From contig NC_134027.1 in assembly GCF_964204645.1 (NCBI RefSeq), positions 12,618,485 to 12,682,484 of the forward strand: 64,000 nt of DNA. The letters are read 5' to 3'. The translations under genes and the position numbers were made by a program. Numbering within the stretch: position 1 is the stretch's first letter; each line of letters begins with the position of its first letter. The DNA comes from Tubulanus polymorphus. Taxonomy: Eukaryota; Animalia; Nemertea. Shown in pieces: positions 11,097-22,939 of the stretch. The notes below the pieces were generated by a model that saw only the letters and a program-made list of their open reading frames with translations, was not told the DNA's origin and searched no databases.

Positions 11097-11540
11097 ATTT
11101 TAATACAATTATCTAAATTATTCAGTACAGATTTAGGATCTAATGTAATACATTTTTTATTTTTTTAAACTATATCGCTATTATATATTTTATTCATTTC
11201 ATAAGTAGGACAGAATAATATTATATTATCAAAATGATTCTTATAAACAGTTTCTAATAAATCTAATATGAAATGTGTCTAACCGCAATTTGTTACTCCA
11301 GTTACTAACATATTATGTGGTTCAAATATAAATAAATCTTTATTATTCATTTATTTTTTTTATTTTATTTGATAAGATCCATTCATTAAATTTGTCATCA
11401 TACCCTTTATATTTCACCAAAGAATATTTCTTACCACGCAACGTTTTTGTTTTCAATACCTTTTCAATTTCATATTCTATATCAACTGGATTTGGTACAA
11501 GTGATAATTAGGTTATTTTTATGAACAAGAATTATTCTTG

Positions 11541-14500
11541 TGTAGATGGATGTAGATGTATTATACTCGTGTAGATGGCGTTGGGGGAGCGCTGAAGTGC
11601 TGCTCCTCAGCTCTTCCCAAAGTTACAATTTCAAGGCCTCTCCAGGGCCCTTGACTCGGATGGATGTGTTTAACTGTGTTGTGAATACTCCAAGACTGTG
11701 CTGGCTGAAAGACTTTACTGTTCTCATCACTGGAGAGTGTTTAAACTGATTTGGACTTTTTGGATTTTCAACATTCAGATAATTTTACTACCACCATATT
11801 GGATTACATAGCCTTGTGATAATGGCCAAGTTACGCTCGATCACGCGATTACTTGACTATAGTCGACTTAATATATCAAACCAACTGGAACATAAACTTC
11901 GTTCATTTAATATCTACAGACGCATGTCAACGAGGCGGAAAGTCAGAGGTTTAGGCTCTAAACCTTTTCATGGGACATTACCTGGACATTCAGTGGATAG
12001 TAAACAAACTTTGAGTGGATTCAAACTGGGTGTCTTCAATGCTCAATCTGTCAGGAATAAACATGATCAGATCCGCCTTGCTGTGACTGAATATGACATT
12101 GATCTTTTGTGTCTGACTGAAACCTGGTTATCTACATCTGACAAGGATGCCTTTTTTGCCAGATCACTTACACCCCCGGATATAACTTCGTGAATTTCCC
12201 ATATTCTGGAAATACTGGATATGGCGGTGTGGGTCTCCTTCTCAAACAAGGACTCACCATTCAGAGAAAGGAACTCTGCCTACCAGGCAACTCATTCCAA
12301 GCCTGTAGTATCAAGCTGTCAGCTGGATCTAGAGTTCTCCACATTGTCAATTTCTATCGACCACCACCCTCGCTTAAGAACAAATTTACTGTTACTGGAT
12401 TTATCGACGAAGTATCACCACTTATGATTGAACTCAGTTCTAGCCCAGGAGAACTTGTACTTGTTGGAGATCTGAACTTTCACTTTGACGTACCAAATTC
12501 ACCTGATACCATTAAGTTTATGGAGTTGATCCAGTCCCTTGATCTCAAGCAACATGTAGATTTCCCTCACACAGGTCGGGTCATACATTGGATGCTGTCA
12601 TCACAGCCCAGACCAGTAACGTCGTTCAGGCTTTGTCTCAGTGTGATATGTTATCTGATCATCTTTTGTTTGTCTGCGACATTGCATTTCCAAGAGCTCC
12701 ACCAACCAGAAAGGTTATTTTGACCAGGAATATGCGCGCCATAAATTCCTTATCTCTAGGTATGGAGATTGCTTCATTAGCACCACCTACTGAAGGCATA
12801 GGGTTGTCTGAAGTGTGCCACTATTATCACAAAGCCCTTGAAAACATACTGGACAGCCATGCCCCTCTCAAGAAGAAGGTCATCAATGTTAAGCCTTCTT
12901 ATCCATGGTTCAACGATGAACTGCGTCATGCTCGTTCCACTAAAAGGGCAGCCGAACGGAGGTGGAAGGATACTCGACTTACGGTACATTTTCAAATGTT
13001 TCATAGCGTGCGCAACCACTACAACATACTTATTGCCAAGGCTAAGCGTGACTACCTGAACAATAGAATAACTGATGCTGGTTCAGACACAAAAGCCATG
13101 CAACGCGTGTTCAATGAAATTCGTGTAAAGGACCGTACTTGTAGACTGCCAACGCATACTGACGATAAGGCCAAACTAACTGATGAATTTTCCGACTTCT
13201 TCATTGGCAAAGTCAAAGACATTCAGAATCGTTTTGATCAAATGCGCCCAGCTAGAGATGATCCACTATCATCCTGCCATCTTAATACACTTGATGAAGC
13301 TTCTGAAAGTGAAGTACGCAAAATCATAGTTTCTTCACCATCAAAGTCATGTGGTTTGGACATACTGCCTACGTGGCTAATTAAATATCCGGATGTCATA
13401 CCTTCAATTGTAACAGTGTTTACCTCTATAATCAACCACTCACTGTCTGATGGCTCTGTTCCAAAGTCATTAAAACTGGCTCTGATTACACCCATTCTCA
13501 AACAGCCAACATTGGATGCTGATGTCTTTAAAAACTATCGTCCAGTAAGCAATCTTACGTTTTTGTCTAAAGTTATTGAGCGAGTGGTGGCTGCTAGATT
13601 ATCTAGATACATGGAGGTGAACAACTTGCACGACCCCCTACAGTCAGCCTATAAGCGTAATCATAGCACCGAAACTGCAATACTCAGGGTTCAGAATGAT
13701 CTCAGGTGAATGGTGGACAGTCATGGCTGTGCTCTACTTGTGCTCCTCGACTTAAGTGCTGCTTTCGACACTGTGGATCATGACATTCTCCTCACTCGCA
13801 TGGAGAGTCGTCTTGGAATATCTGGTAGTGCACTTAGTTGGTTTCGATCCTATTTGAGTGAGCGCACACAAGCGGTGGTTATTGATGGTTGTCGATCAAA
13901 CCCAAAGGTGCTGGACTGTGGTGTACCCCAGGGCTTGGTCCTTGGCCCCCTTCTGTTCCTTGTCTATGCATTGCCGCTTATGCATCTGTTTACTAGTGAT
14001 ATTGTAAAGCGACATGGCTTTGCAGATGACAAACAAACGTATGTTGCCTTGTCTTGCAAATTTGATGCGGATCTATCCCAGCAGCTTAAAGAACTCCAGG
14101 ACACATTGAACAGGGTTCATTCATGGCTCTTTGAAAATAAACTCACGTGTAATCCGGATAAGTTCGAGGCCCTTCTCGTTGGAACTAAGCAGAGTTTGTT
14201 AATTCACATACCACCTCTAAATGTCGGCGGCGCCTTTATCCCAGTGCAGAAAGTACCGGTGAGAAACTTAGGTGTGATGTTTGATTCGTCCCTCTCCATG
14301 GACAGCCAAGTCAAAAGTGTGGCTCGTTCCGCCTCGTTTCATCTTAGGATTATTGGTTCTGCTCGTCGCTTCCTCACGCAGAACTCAGCAAAAATGTTAA
14401 CGCAGTCTTTAGTTCTGTCGCGATTAGACTATTGCAATAGCTGCTTGTATGATATCAGTGATTATCTTCTTCATAGACTCCAACTTGTGCAAAATAGAGC

Positions 14501-14952
14501 TGCTAGGATTATTGCACTCACTAAGTCACATGATCACATCTCTCCGATTCTCCGTTCACTTCATTAGCTACCAGTACGCAAACGGATCTTATTTAAAGTT
14601 GCTTTGCTGGTTTTTAAGTGCCTCCATAACTTGGCACCCTCTTACCTCTCCAGCCTGTTAACAGTTTACAGACCAGTCCGAACACTTCGTTCCGGGTCGC
14701 AGAATCTTTTGTTAGTCAGATCATGTCGTCTTAAGTCATTCGGCGGACACGCATTTGAGACATTTGCACCTACAGTGTGGAACTCCCTTCCGCAACCTCT
14801 CCGTGATATTGACTCTCTGCCAGCATTCAAAGCACAGCTCAAGACATTTCTGTTCAAGTCACCATCTTTGTCTGTAGAGCGCCTTTGATAATAGCACTGC
14901 TATTTACAAGGCGCTATAGAAATTTACAATCCTATCCTATCCTACAATCCTA
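11541..14952 (+). mobile_element. Near full-length single-ORF L2-clade (CR1 group) LINE
   Basis: Short 5' region starting GTAGATGG. 3' end GAGCGCCTTTG...AAGGCGCTATAGAAAT followed by an (ATCCT)n-like tail, typical of L2 3' ends. Possible short TSD TCTTG(T). Confidence 0.88.
11816..14888 (+). pseudogene. LINE ORF2: APE endonuclease + reverse transcriptase
   Basis: EN: FNAQSVRNK, LCLTETWL, FYRPP, VGDLNFH, SDH. RT: NYRPVSNLTFLSKVIE, LLDLSAAFDTVDH, GVPQG.VLGPLLF, FADD. Two frameshifts (~12190, ~12575) and two stops (13707, 14565). Confidence 0.92.
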
Positions 14953-15865
14953 TCTTGTTCATAATATTTCTTCATCATTTAGATCTAATAATTTGTATAC
15001 AAATGGCTTAGTTAATATTATCTTTATAATCTTAAATATTTCTTCGGTAAAATTAGGAGTATAACCTTTATAGAATGTATTTCGATTTACATATTCTAAC
15101 TTGTTGACCAATTTTAAACTTAGGTTCTCCGAAATCATGTGCAACAAACGCACCATCTAAATTGTTTCAAACAACTTCTGAATTATCTTCTTTTCTAGCT
15201 TGTATAGGTTTCATACCAATACTTGAATGTTTAAATTATTATAACCTTGCATCATCATATTATAACCTAAATCATCTGATACATCAATATATCTATATGT
15301 TTCATTAGCAGTAAAATATTTCCACATTCTAGTTTTCAATGCTTCATTAAATCTTTCTATAATAGATGCTTTTTCACTGAGTGTGTTGAAAAATACTCTA
15401 CATTGTTATCAGATAATAATCTTTTTAAATGTTTATTATAAAATTCTTTACCTTCATCAAATTGTATCTTACCTGGAATAGCTTCTTGAAATATTAATTT
15501 GAACGCATTAGTAACTTTTATACCTGTTTTATTTTGGTATACTCTATGCGTATCTACTGAATATATCTATAACATTTAATATCCAGAAATATCCTTTCTT
15601 ATATTGTTCTAAGTTCTTCATATCAATTAAATAAGCTTGCCACTTTTGGTCAATATATGACACCATCTTGTTAAAAAGTTTTTATCCATGTTTCTATGTA
15701 TTTGATATGTAGGCTGTTCTTGTAACCATGATTTTCATTCACTATATTTATTTTTATCTTTATCAAATTTAATTTTATCCCATAATTCTTCCACACTAGA
15801 ATATGATACTTCACTTTCAGGATTATGATATAAATCTATTAAATATTGTTCTTTTTTCATTATAT

Positions 15866-16813
15866 TCTAATCCATTGATAATAATTTAGATTTATTTTCA
15901 ATATTTTATTTCTTTTTTTATTTCTTATTTTATATCTTTATTTGATTTCTTTTCTGGTATAATAGGTTTATCATCATTATCATCATTATTAAATTTATAT
16001 TTATATTAAATTTATATTACACCAGAAAATAAAATAACTGTGATTAATCCAATTGAAATATGCAAGTAATTAATCAGAAGAATTAGATTATTATTAGATC
16101 ATTATTTGAATTAATATCAGATAATTTCAGTGATTCATTTATATCAGTTAATTTCGTTCCTTTGCTCTTTTTAACTGGGTAGATCTTTTTCCAAACTCCT
16201 TTGCCCACGCAATTTGTTTCTCAGATCTAGGCTTTTTTAAATATCATCACTCATTTATTTTAGTTAATTTTTGTTCTGTTTCATTATTATCTGATTTATC
16301 ATTATCTTTATATTCTATAGGTCAAATATTAGAAAATGTTATACTCCAGTAGAAATTAATGTCATTATTCCATCTAATTGGAATGATGTATACCCAACCA
16401 ATTTCTGTAATTCTGTCGTAACTATCTAATTATTTTTTAAATCACTATATAATTTATTTTCATCATTGATCGGCATTACCCGAATACATTACTTAGAGTA
16501 ACATTTTACTATTCCATCACTAATGGAATCATTTATTCTAGCTAATCTAGCTTCTTCATATATTTTAAAGTATTTGCTTACTTTATCTGGTTTCATAGCA
16601 TCTAGCTCTTGATATGTTATAATTTTACTTAAGAATTCTTTGCATTTACCACTAGCAATTAATAACTCAAGATGGTGCTAACATGTTGAATAGTACTCGT
16701 AATCAATACTATTATTAACTTGAGCCTAATTAGTTACAACTGTATCTCTATTATCTGTAATGCCCAATTCATTTAATGTCTTTTGTAACATTATCCTTTA
16801 ATTCCTTAGACAT
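15866..16813 (-). pseudogene. Two small conserved Polinton genes (ATG at 16813 and 16254)
   Basis: ...LELLIASGKCKEFLSKIITYQELDAM...YFKIYEEARL... and MSDDI...KPRSEKQIAWAKEFG followed by a hydrophobic stretch. Resemblance to Polinton accessory genes is from recall. Confidence 0.55.
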
Positions 16814-17018
16814 TTATTATGAGAAAAAAAGAAAAAAATAAATATTAAAATATTTTAGTTAAAGTTAAAGTATTCTAGTATTCTATATATGTTCATAATA
16901 CTATTTGTAATATTCATAGTATGTGGTTGTTCTACCTCGATTTATTGTGCAAATTTTTTCATCAAAATTCAATAACATGTTAAAATCCTGTTCATAATCT
17001 GATTTTCTTTATCTTCTT

Positions 17019-17366
17019 CTCTTTTGAACTTCAGATATTCATCTGAATTTCAACCATAAGCGACTGTTTGAATTCCGTCGTTTAATATATATCTCTTATC
17101 ATCGAAAGGGTTCAAACTAACTTTTTCTATCGCTTCAATAAACATCTCATGATCCACAGATCTTAAACATCTCATCTTATTTTTTCTAACGTCTCTTTTG
17201 AACTTCAGATATTCATCTGAATTTCAACCATAAGCGACTGTTTGAATTTCTTCGTTTAATATATATCTCTTATCATCGAAAGGGTTCAAACTAACATTTT
17301 CTATCGCTTCAATAAACATCTCATGATCCACAGATCTTAAACATCTCATTTTATTTTTTCTAACTT
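17019..17366. repeat. 174-bp tandem duplication of the PolB C-terminus
   Basis: Unit starting CTCTTTTGAACTTCAGATATTC at 17019 and 17193; the copies differ at a few positions. Confidence 0.9.
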
Positions 17367-18148
17367 CTTCATTAAATATGCTATTGATATAATCTTGGAA
17401 ATGAATATTTTTTTCTACTACACTTTTGGTAATTCCTTTCAATTTTTTAGCTTCATTTTCCTTAGTTTAATATGAATACATTTTAGATCTAATACCTATG
17501 AACTCTATCATTTCTTCACCACCTAATTCATCTTTAAATTTACCTGGAACTTTTTTATCATCATTACTAAATAATTGATTTTTAGGATAGTTACTGAAAT
17601 GAAATAAAAATGATGTTTTAATATTTTCAAATCATTTGTTAGATTATTAGTTTTTATCTTTAATATGTAACTCTCAGTATCAAAATATAAGATTTCTATA
17701 TGCTTTTCACCAAAATGTGGTTGCAAAACATTATAACAAAATTCATACATCAATAATTTTGATATTTCTAAAACTGATGCTCCAACATAATAGGTTTATT
17801 GAACTTCATTGATGTTCTTCTCATTTTAACTGTAGCTAAACTTTCATCAGATATTATGTTACCTATGAACGGATATGATTGTAAATACCTAATTCTTTTT
17901 CCATTGCTCACCAACTCAATATAATTTCTATTTCTAATATTCTCACAAGTCTTTCCATAGAATGCATTATTCATTAAGTTGAAGAAATCTTTCTCAAAAT
18001 CAGTTTTAGCTTTAGTTCTCTGTTTGGTTTTAAAATTAATATATTTTTCTAACCATTTAGATTGACTGAATGAAATATATCTATGTACTTTTTTAATATG
18101 ATTCCTTGTTTCAAATAGAATTTTAACATTCTATAATGTACTACATAA

Positions 18149-19412
18149 TTAGGGTTTCTGCTGCCTCGGCAGAAACCCTATTGGATTCCTGCTGATTATC
18201 ATTTTAACATATTCTCCACTGGTTTCGTCACAAAAAAATTCATCTTCTATTAGATTTGACTACTAACAACTTTGAAACGAAATGTTAAACTCTGATGATA
18301 ATATAACAGTCTCTTGCTGCGCGTAGTTTCTATGGATGTACTGTGCTTCCTATTTTAAACTTGAAGTTACTTAAAGATAACACCGGTGGAAATAGCAATC
18401 ATCAATCATGGCGCGCACACTGGCGCGAATCTGAAAGTTTGTGACGTCATTTCATAAATAAATAAAGAAGGGAGGCTCCGAGAATATCCAAATCACAGGT
18501 CACTGTGAATAACTGGGGTTCGACCATTCACAAGTTAAAAATGTACTACTTCCTTGTTTGTGAAGTAAGTTCATTCATACTGTTATTAAAAGCATTTTAA
18601 CCTTTTAAACATTTTAAACATTCTATAATAGTATAGTTTTGTTCGTGGATATCAATACTTCGAAACATCAACAGCGGTTTATTCATTTATTGTACCGGTA
18701 CGCGTTTTCTTAATTAAATTGAATTGGTCCGGTCCAAAAGGCGGGTCATACTAGTTAGCGTCAGAAAATGTCAGCGTCGGTGATACCTTGTTATCGTCGA
18801 TATTAAACGGTCTAAAGTCAGTTTATACATCACATACATAACAAATTGGATGTCCCTTGTACATGTACATCACATCGTGACGCAGCGGTGATGTGAATGT
18901 CATAGAAGAACAAAGTCAGTTAAAAATACCTACCCACTGCACCGATAAAGAATGATTGCAAGCCAGAGGTCAGTGACAGACAGTCAGTAATGGGGAGTGA
19001 TGGTACCGTTCGTGATTATGTTTTTATAATGGTTATTGGACGTCAATTTCATATGTGAATTGTAGTCCCCATCTGATCGCTTGACTTGTCAGACTGACTT
19101 GTCACTCCTCTACTAATAGTAACACTATAAGGCCTTCCCTCCTGCATAGTTTACCCTATAGGCCAAATTTGTGTTTTCTCATCTTTTTTCGGAACCAGTA
19201 ATAACCGAATATGCGCTTAAACTGTCACTAGCGAATGGTAAAAACACCGTAGCTTCGTTCTTCTCGATGTTATTTCCCCCAAAACCTGGTACATTAGTAC
19301 TTCGCGCGTAGTAGCACATGCGCGTAGTAGCACATGTGGGTCAACATATCCATGTTGTGAGTTGACCCCTAGGTGGCACTCTTTCAAAAAACGGAATGTG
19401 ACGAACTGATTT
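18149..19412 (+). mobile_element. HINE family D insertion (3'-truncated) within PolB
   Basis: 5' hairpin TAGGGTTTCTGC...GCAGAAACCCTA; shares an internal segment (TTTGTGACGTCATTT...GGGAGGCTCCGAGAAT.TCCAAATCAC) with 38455-38965. PolB residues between GYFFE and NYVVHY are missing. Confidence 0.6.
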
Positions 19413-22243
19413 CGAAAAAGTACCCAGTATCAGCATCATCCGCTATATCTAGAGTTCTTTTCTTACAATCAAATTTATCAACATTTTCATGTTGTAAAAC
19501 TTCACTTATTTCAAATACTCCATAAGTTTGTGGTTCCATCATTACCCAACCATATAGATTATTTGCGTCTATATATAATAATTCATATACAGGATTATCA
19601 TTTACATTGAAATATCTATCACCTAATACACCTGAAACACCTCCTCTTATAGAATTTTCAAATAATACTAATTGATCTATATTTGTTAATAAGTCCCTTT
19701 TTAAATCTGTAGATTTTAAAAGACATCCCCAAGTTAAACCTGGACTAGAATAACAGTGGCAAGGATCGATATTAAAATATCTTAGATTTACATCTCTAAA
19801 CCTTTCGAATACATCAGTTAATAATAATATATCTGATCTTAAATATAAATCTACTAATTCACCATGATCTTTCAGTCCAAAATGATTCCAAATATTCAAT
19901 GTTCTATTATAAACTTCATCTTTAACACATTCGGATCTTAATTTATCATAAAATTGTTCTTTTAAAAATTCAGTTATATTAAAATCATTATGATCTTTAT
20001 AAAAACTATATGGTATAGCACCTATATATCTCATTAATTGAAAATCATCATTATTTGGATAGTGTTGCTTTAATATTTTTAGTTCATCATCAACCAATGA
20101 TTTTGATAAATTATCTAATAAACTATTTAGAAATCTATATGAGTCTATAAATCTTAAACATCCAAATTGGAAACATATATGATTTTCAGATGTTTTAGCT
20201 AACATTTTGAATTTATAAGTTGGTATTTTGTCTACATCTTTTGATCTATTAGAATTCAATATTTCTATTTCATTATTGATTTCTTCTATTTTATGACATA
20301 GTTGTTTAATGAATTAATGAGCACCATACTCTGATAAATTATGAAATATTACTGGAACAAAATTGATTTTTTTTAGCGTGCAAGTTTCAATTCTCATGTG
20401 CTGCACCTCTAAACTTTCCATTCAAATGATCATGATCTCTAACTTTTTCATCTTTGAAATTAAATAGTTTTTCACAATAAAAACATTTATCAGCAAACTC
20501 AAATTCCTCTGTATCTTGTTCTGTCATTATAATTTCTTTATTTGCATCTTATAATTCATTAAATTTCATTTCATATTGAATTAATAAGTCACTAAAATGA
20601 TTAATAACATTTTCATTTCCATAATAATAATATTCACTTTTAATTAATTCTGGATAGTCGGATTTCACAAATAAACCAAAGGCTGCAGCTGATTGTTGAA
20701 TATTTTTAATAGTATTTGTTTTTGGTGATCCTGGATAATCAATTACACCAGAATTTAATTTCGTTTTCTTATAATATATTTCTGTTCTATCTTGGTCAGT
20801 TAGTTCTTTATACTAAATAACAAATGGTACTTTATTTTTGTAATCATATTTTTTGAATTCTAATGTATTATCTTTTCTGTTGATAGAATTAATTTACAAT
20901 AATCATGATTATCACATAGTTGTTTATGATCTAATAATGCATTTTCAGTTCTAACTTTATGTAAACATTTTCTACATAGATATATTTTATGAGCATTATC
21001 AGAATCTGATTTAAAAAATAAATCAATTTTTTTATCCACATATAATGATTATCATAATATGATATATCTATAACATCAATTGAATCATAATCTTTTGATA
21101 GGTATAGAGGTTCTAATGTGTAATGTCTTATATTATCTCCTTTTGTATTTGGTAATTTAATCAAATCAAATACATTTATTTTTATATTATTATCTCTTTC
21201 TATTTTTGGAATATTTTCAATTCTAATAGGGTACCTATCTATCTAATAATTATTTTCAAATGGTAAATAATTTGATAATCTAGATCTATGTGTAATATCT
21301 TCTGTTGGATGTAAACAATTAATCATTGACCATACAAAACATTTATTATCTTCATTTTGTACATTTATAACAGCATTAGTTTTAAATGGTAATTTGATAT
21401 AACTTGATGTATTTATATCATTATCGTTATAATATGATGAATTATTTTCATCAATTGGTTTTTATTTAGTCAATTTATTATATTTTGTATTGTACACATG
21501 TAACGTCATAAATATTATTTCATCGAATTTCAAACCCGATCCTTCAAAATATTTCTCTTCTATTTTACTTTTTATTTCATTATAACATCTATCTAATCTA
21601 TCATATATATGTTGTTTTGAAATAGTATGTTGTGAATGAGAATTTATATTATATATTGGTTTATCTTCGGATTTTGTAAATTTAACTTTAGCAGATATAC
21701 TAATTTTAGGATATTCTACGTCTGTGATTATTTTTATAATATTTTTCATATTTTCTAAATGTTTCTTATTTTCTTCTAATGTTTTGCCTTTATAAAATTT
21801 AAATTCAATAGCAGCTGGTCCAATATCACTTTTAAATGCTTCGGTTATTTCAATATTTTTTTATCATCTAATGAATAAATATAAATTCTAACATCTTCAA
21901 TGTATGGTCTTTTATTGTTTAATTTATTCTTTATTCTTTTAATCATGCTTTTTGTTTCTTATTATCTTTATCAAAATAATCTTCACCTAACATATCATTA
22001 TTGATATTTCTAATATGACTTTTAGATTTTAAATGTTGTTCATAATATCTTTTGTTACTGAATGATTGATTACATGTAACACATTTATATAGTTCTTTTT
22101 CATTCTTAAATTCTTCTAATTTAGTTTCTAATATATCATCTTTATATTCTAATTTCAATCTATTCTCTAAGTGTGTTTTAGTTTTATTATTTCTTGCTTT
22201 TTGAGATTTATCTATGTTAATTTTACATGTTGGACAGTAGTAA

Positions 22244-22644
22244 TCAATCCTTCTTATTCTAAATGAATTATTAATTTATTACCATATCTATTAGTAATTG
22301 TTTCAGTATTAGTAATTAAATATTTCTTATGAATTGTTAATTCTGTTAACTTCTTAAATTTATAATCCACTGATTTAGCATTTGTAGTAACTTTAATTCT
22401 ATCTAAGAATGATTTGTTGTTCTCACTGTGTACTTGTTTACTCTCCATTTATCATATATAAATTCTTTTATCAAAATTGATTTCATTATATGATATTTAT
22501 AAAATATTCATATATATAAATATCACATATATAAATATCAGAGTAATTAGACGTCGTTTCATATCAGAGGTTGAAAGGTTGAATGAGTAAAAAATAAAAA
22601 AAAATTCGAGCATGCGAGAATTTATTTCTTATTTTTTATGAGCT
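22244..22644 (-). repeat. Polinton right terminal inverted repeat (outer ~47 bp missing)
   Basis: Inverted match to 5968-6380, including ORF 22254-22448. Confidence 0.85.
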
Positions 22645-22656
22645 AAATACATGTAA

Positions 22657-22939
22657 GTAGATTATAAATTTTAGAAGTTAACAGAATTAACAATTCATAA
22701 GAAATATTTAATTAGGGCCTACTAATATTGAAACAATTGCTAATAGATATGGTAATAAATTGATAATTCATTTAGAATATGAAGGATTGAAAGGAAACAA
22801 ATATAAATTCAGAACATATCTACCAGATAGATTTCATAGATTATCTAGTAAAGATATTGAAGAATTATGTTCTGGTGATTTCTATTTCATATATAAAGGT
22901 AAGAATGAAAAAGGGCGCCATGAAATATATTTCGAATAG
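22657..22939 (+). pseudogene. Third, inverted copy of the Polinton TIR ORF (C-terminal two-thirds)
   Basis: VDYKF*KLTELTIHKKYLI..TNIETIANRYGNKLIIHLEYEGLKGNKYKFRTYLPDRFHRLSSKDIEELCSGDFYFIYKGKNEKGRHEIYFE*. Confidence 0.8.

Larger units (their letters stand above)
9779..11350 (-). pseudogene. Polinton packaging ATPase (FtsK/A32-like), interrupted by a HINE and a (TA)n run
   Basis: MNNKDLFIFEPHNMLVTGVTNCG*TH (Walker A, Lys codon mutated to stop), IILFCPT, ...DCANL (Walker B region), LAFSGRHFGITTWVLNQKY; stop at 9779-9781. Confidence 0.85.
11343..15860 (-). pseudogene. Polinton retroviral-like (rve) integrase with C-terminal chromodomain, split by a LINE
   Basis: WQAYLIDM, ILNVIDIFSRYA, KIQFDEGKEFYN, KASIIERFN, KGYTPNFTEEIFKI...YKLLDLNDEEIL on the right of the LINE; ...VLKTKTLRGKKYSLVKYKGYDDKFNEWI (chromodomain) on the left. 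Confidence 0.88.
16970..22240 (-). pseudogene. Polinton protein-primed family B DNA polymerase with N-terminal zinc fingers and an endonuclease-VII-like module
   Basis: CVTC...HLKSKSH; CFVWSM; VRDHDHLNGKFRGAAH; VIFHNLSEYGAH; LRFIDSYRFL; FENSIRGGVS; YIDANNLYG; LMNNAFYGKTCEN; LYFDTES (DTDS motif altered); GKFKDE; KGITKSVV; FDDKRYIL. Boundaries approximate. Confidence 0.92.
5921..22644. mobile_element. Endogenous Polinton/Maverick (adintovirus-like) element, decayed
   Basis: Bounded by inverted repeats (5968-6380 vs 22244-22644) and starting AGAAGT. Contains capsid, ATPase, integrase and PolB pseudogenes in two convergent blocks. Many stops and frameshifts plus nested insertions; no TSD identifiable because the right end is truncated. 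Confidence 0.9.

Noticed and set aside
22632-22648. TTTTTT-ATGAGC-TAAAT resembling the poxvirus concatemer resolution sequence
   Set aside because: The spacer is shorter than the consensus, the TAAAT part lies at a deletion junction, and it is absent from the intact left TIR.
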